From positions 1-38,813 of the IMG/VR virus record IMGVR_UViG_3300046000_005732: a DNA stretch of 38,813 bases. One strand, written 5' to 3'. This DNA comes from a virus (taxonomy: Duplodnaviria > Caudoviricetes). Below, piece by piece: positions 35,708 through 38,813 of this stretch; position 1 is the first letter of the stretch, and the number at the start of each line of letters is the position of its first letter. The translations under genes and the position numbers were made by a program. The notes under the pieces were generated by a model. The model worked only from the letters and a program-made list of their open reading frames with translations, did not search any database and was not told where the DNA came from.

Positions 35708-37137
35708 AATCTAATCTTTGAAAAATCACGCTTGTTGGCTGTAAATATATCCTTGTTTACTTGCATACTATCTCTAGACTGCGGAGGCTTATCATATTTC
35801 GGCAAAGACTGTCTTTGCGGATTTCCAGAATCTGAAATATTTTTCTGTGCAGATTCTTCGAGATCATATAACTTCATCTTTGCTCGATCAACACCAATTA
35901 CAAATCTTTTATTTAATGTAGGATCATTGTATCTATTCTTCAATTGCTTGACCATCAATTGATTCATTTTCTCAAGGTCTTCTGTGGAAATTAACGCAAA
36001 CATAAAGTCAACAGTAGCAGGTAAGCCAAATGATTCTGAAGTGTCGGTTAGCTCTACATCTGTATTTCCAAAACCAGTTCTTGTAGTTTGTGTCGCACTT
36101 AGAATAGGTACATTTTCTTCAACCGCCAATCCGCGAAGTTCTTCCGCAATAGATTTAACTAACGTATAAGAATTAACACCCGAGCTTGCTTTTAATCTTG
36201 AACTGGCACAAATATTTAAATAGTCGATAACAATAAGATCCGGTTTAAATTGACGTTTTAATTGTAACTCATTTAACAGTGCTTTGAAATGACCTACGTG
36301 TGCGCCAGTAGTAGGATATTCTTTAATAATTAGATTACCCTGTGTCTTGCCTTTAATCTTATCCATTCTATTATCGAATAATGCCTTCGGCAATTCTTTT
36401 AGCTGATCCATCGTAATGTTCATTAAATTTGCGTCAACACGTTCCGCAATTCTTTCTTCCGCCATTTCAAGTGTAATATACAGAACATTCCTACCTTGAC
36501 TTAGTGCAGCTGCTGCTACATGGCACATGAACAAACTTTTACCTACGCCAGTTCCCGCCAAGACTACATTTAAAGTCTTATTAGGCATGCCACCGTTTGT
36601 GATCTTGTTAAAGTATTCTAAATCAAACGGTATGCGAGATTCTACTTTATGATAGAACTCATACCGCTTATCTGCATTTAGAATATAATCATGCCCTACA
36701 TTATTGTCAAAGCATACTCCTAACGCATCTTGCAGTAAGGAGGGGATTCCATCTTCGGATTTGGATTTATCTCTGCCATCTAAAATAGCAACCGATGTTA
36801 GAATTGCATTATAAACAGCCTTATCCTTGCAGAATTTTTCTGTCTCTTTATACAACCAGTCTTTATTATGATCCGTTGCTTCTAAGTGTTGCACATAATT
36901 GAATACATCGGTATATTGATCTTCATTTAAATTTTTATCATTTTGTATGGCAATGACTAGAGCATCTTTAGATGGTAAAGAATTGTAGTCTTCGATATAT
37001 GCAGTAATTTTGTCGTAAATGATTTTGTCATTTGTATCTAAAAAATAATCCCGCTTAAGAAACGGGATTACCTTCCTCATATATTCATCATCATGTATTA
37101 AGTTTTGCAGTATTACTGTTTCTATTTTCGTGCTCAT
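35704..37137 (-). CDS. 41: Replicative DNA helicase, T4 gp41 / DnaB-like
   Basis: AGTGVGKS Walker A, YITLEMAEE, IDYLNIC, SIAEELRGLAVE, TSESFGLPAT, KQLKNRY. Confidence 0.97.
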   Translation of the reverse strand: MSTKIETVILQNLIHDDEYMRKVIPFLKRDYFLDTNDKIIYDKITAYIEDYNSLPSKDALVIAIQNDKNLNEDQYTDVFNYVQHLEATDHNKDWLYKETEKFCKDKAVYNAILTSVAILDGRDKSKSEDGIPSLLQDALGVCFDNNVGHDYILNADKRYEFYHKVESRIPFDLEYFNKITNGGMPNKTLNVVLAGTGVGKSLFMCHVAAAALSQGRNVLYITLEMAEERIAERVDANLMNITMDQLKELPKALFDNRMDKIKGKTQGNLIIKEYPTTGAHVGHFKALLNELQLKRQFKPDLIVIDYLNICASSRLKASSGVNSYTLVKSIAEELRGLAVEENVPILSATQTTRTGFGNTDVELTDTSESFGLPATVDFMFALISTEDLEKMNQLMVKQLKNRYNDPTLNKRFVIGVDRAKMKLYDLEESAQKNISDSGNPQRQSLPKYDKPPQSRDSMQVNKDIFTANKRDFSKIRL

Positions 37138-37387
37138 TCATAGCCTTTACTAAAATGTCTTGGATAATAAAAGATAGAGTATCATTGAATTCTTGACTTT
37201 CAGTAACTTCTTCTATGGGTAATAGAGAGTAAATAATGTCATAGTCTACAGAAACTCCATCGTCATCTGCCATTTTAACATCATTTATTGCAAGAGCCAA
37301 TTCATTGAATTTTCCTTCAAGAATTCTTACTCCCCAATGTTCTTTGTCATCTCTTACTACTTGCCAGGGTTCATACTTCACTTGCAT
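37091..37387 (-). CDS. Probable gp40-like head vertex assembly chaperone
   Basis: Small acidic protein in the T4 syntenic position between uvsX and 41; assignment is mainly positional. Confidence 0.5.
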   Translation of the reverse strand: MQVKYEPWQVVRDDKEHWGVRILEGKFNELALAINDVKMADDDGVSVDYDIIYSLLPIEEVTESQEFNDTLSFIIQDILVKAMNEHENRNSNTAKLNT

Positions 37388-38432
37388 TTGTAAACTCCTC
37401 TTCTAAATCAGTATCATCAAATGAGCTAGACATCAGATCACCGGTTGCCATCTGATAACGATTTTCTATAAATTCTCTAAAGTCTTTTGAGGTTAATACC
37501 GGCATCCAAAAATCTTTAGTATAAGTATCTACTTTGCGATATTTCTTTTCTTCGCCTTTAAGTGAATACCAACCATTAGACGGCTTAGTTACAAATCCGC
37601 CTTCTAATGCCACATCCAAAAGACCAGACCACTTACTGATACCGCCTTCATATAATACTTCTACAGGAATTTTAGATTTCTCTCGAACAAACCTAGATTT
37701 CTCAACATTAATAATGAAGTTATAACCTGTAACTTCAGTACCATCTTTTTCTTGCTGACGACCAATAATAAAGATGTTGTCGGCGGAATAATAAATTCCT
37801 GTCCCGCCAGAAACAATCTGCTTAGGATAAAGACCAATCTCTGCATAGGTATGGTTTACAACTACCATAGGGATATCTTTAATAGTTAAATGAGGTGTAA
37901 TCATTCGGAACAAAGATTTCATCTGTTTTGCTCGAGTCATATCTGCAACAGACTTTCCTTCCAACGCATCATCTACTTCTTTCTTAGAAGCAAGATTACC
38001 TACAGAATCCACAACAATAATTATATGATCTCCGCGCTCAAGATTGTTAATCTGAGACATGATATCAAACTTTAGTTGCTCAATGTCCGTAATTGGAGTA
38101 TGTAAAACTCGGGAGGTGTCAATACCGAAAGAATCAAAGTAAGACTGAGGACTACCAAACTCAGAATCATAAAACAGTACAATAGCATCTTCATATTTGT
38201 CCAAATAAGACTTCGCCAATAGCAAAGAAAATGCAGTTTTAAAATGCTTAGATGGCCCTGCAAACACCGTCAACCCCGGAGTCAAACCTCCTTCTAAGCT
38301 ACCCGAAAGGGCAACATTTACCATAGGAACAGATGTTTGAATCATATCCTTCTTACCAAAGAATTTGGATTTATTCAAAACTTCAGTTTCTTTAATTGTA
38401 GAATTCTTTTTCAATTTTTCAAGTAACGACAT
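37371..38432 (-). CDS. uvsX: UvsX RecA-like recombinase
   Basis: AGPSKHFKT, LFYDSEFG, DS.GNLASKKE, ADMTRAK and VEKSRFV motifs. Confidence 0.97.
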   Translation of the reverse strand: MSLLEKLKKNSTIKETEVLNKSKFFGKKDMIQTSVPMVNVALSGSLEGGLTPGLTVFAGPSKHFKTAFSLLLAKSYLDKYEDAIVLFYDSEFGSPQSYFDSFGIDTSRVLHTPITDIEQLKFDIMSQINNLERGDHIIIVVDSVGNLASKKEVDDALEGKSVADMTRAKQMKSLFRMITPHLTIKDIPMVVVNHTYAEIGLYPKQIVSGGTGIYYSADNIFIIGRQQEKDGTEVTGYNFIINVEKSRFVREKSKIPVEVLYEGGISKWSGLLDVALEGGFVTKPSNGWYSLKGEEKKYRKVDTYTKDFWMPVLTSKDFREFIENRYQMATGDLMSSSFDDTDLEEEFTNASEV

Positions 38433-38453
38433 ATAAACTCCTTATAATACTAC

Positions 38454-38482
38454 ATTATATATTCTAAATTTGCGCTTGTCTA
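38454..38482 (-). promoter_or_regulatory. sigma70-type promoter TAGACA-N17-TATAAT
   Basis: Upstream of uvsX and its AGGAG SD. Confidence 0.7.
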
Positions 38483-38707
38483 TACTATCTGTACTAAAAC
38501 AAAGAGTGCGGTTACCAAAGCTGTTTTTAATTTCATATCAGAAGAAACCTCATCCAACGATTCCATTCTTGCCATATCTTTGATCAATTCTACATATTCA
38601 TCTTTAGCAATAGTTTTAGCTTTATATTGCTCCTGTAATTCTAATGCAATTTTAGCCTTTTCTTCCGCCCAAGGTTGCCCGCATTTTGCAATTTCTTTCA
38701 GATCCAT
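38480..38707 (-). CDS. Hypothetical protein (75 aa)
   Basis: GGGAG SD; ATG abuts the upstream stop. Confidence 0.7.
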   Translation of the reverse strand: MDLKEIAKCGQPWAEEKAKIALELQEQYKAKTIAKDEYVELIKDMARMESLDEVSSDMKLKTALVTALFVLVQIV

Positions 38708-38812
38708 TTAAAATCTCCCATGTATAGTTTCTGCTATTAATTTTGCTTGAGCAGACATTATTTTCTTTTTAATGTTACAATAAGCTTCGCTACCTTCTTT
38801 TTCCTTACTTCT
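38708..38812 (-). CDS. 3' end of a truncated gene (...EGSEAYCNIKKKIMSAQAKLIAETIHGRF)
   Basis: Open frame from the window edge to a TAA adjoining the next ATG. Confidence 0.55.
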   Translation of the reverse strand, partial: RSKEKEGSEAYCNIKKKIMSAQAKLIAETIHGRF

Positions 38813-38813
38813 A

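Noticed and set aside
35704-38432. Inteins or introns in uvsX or the helicase
   Set aside because: Both have normal lengths and uninterrupted motifs

Overview
This is a 38.8 kb AT-rich segment of a large T4-like (myovirus-type) bacteriophage genome, almost entirely encoded on the minus strand. The host is probably proteobacterial, most likely a freshwater betaproteobacterium (inference). From left to right: (1) 1-18.5 kb holds tail-fibre and virion structural genes, including a duplicated three-gene fibre cassette, a collagen-like fibre with an S74 chaperone, and a GT-B glycosyltransferase. (2) 18.6-27.4 kb is a late operon block in which many proteins start with a T4 internal-protein-like MKTFKEFL.E leader: a PD-(D/E)XK-like protein, a KxDG ligase-like protein, DUF6321, a HAD phosphatase and a cytidylyltransferase-like protein, plus Dps. 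(3) 27.4-35.7 kb is an early accessory region with sigma70-type promoters and 9 tRNA or tRNA-like genes. It also holds host-derived mini-modules (RNAP omega subunit, a free-standing HemA dimerisation-like domain, a CDGSH-like peptide), YkuK, a PBP7-like peptidase, DnaJ and a UDP-sugar dehydrogenase. (4) 35.7-38.8 kb holds uvsX, a gp40-position gene and the gp41 helicase. The most notable observations are a complete tRNA-Trp gene nested in the coding 5' end of the peptidoglycan peptidase, a putative capsid-packaged RNA-repair/anti-defence kit, an Ig-like domain split across two genes, and an Ile(UAU) tRNA with a long variable arm. All family calls come from motif recognition by eye; no database search was run.
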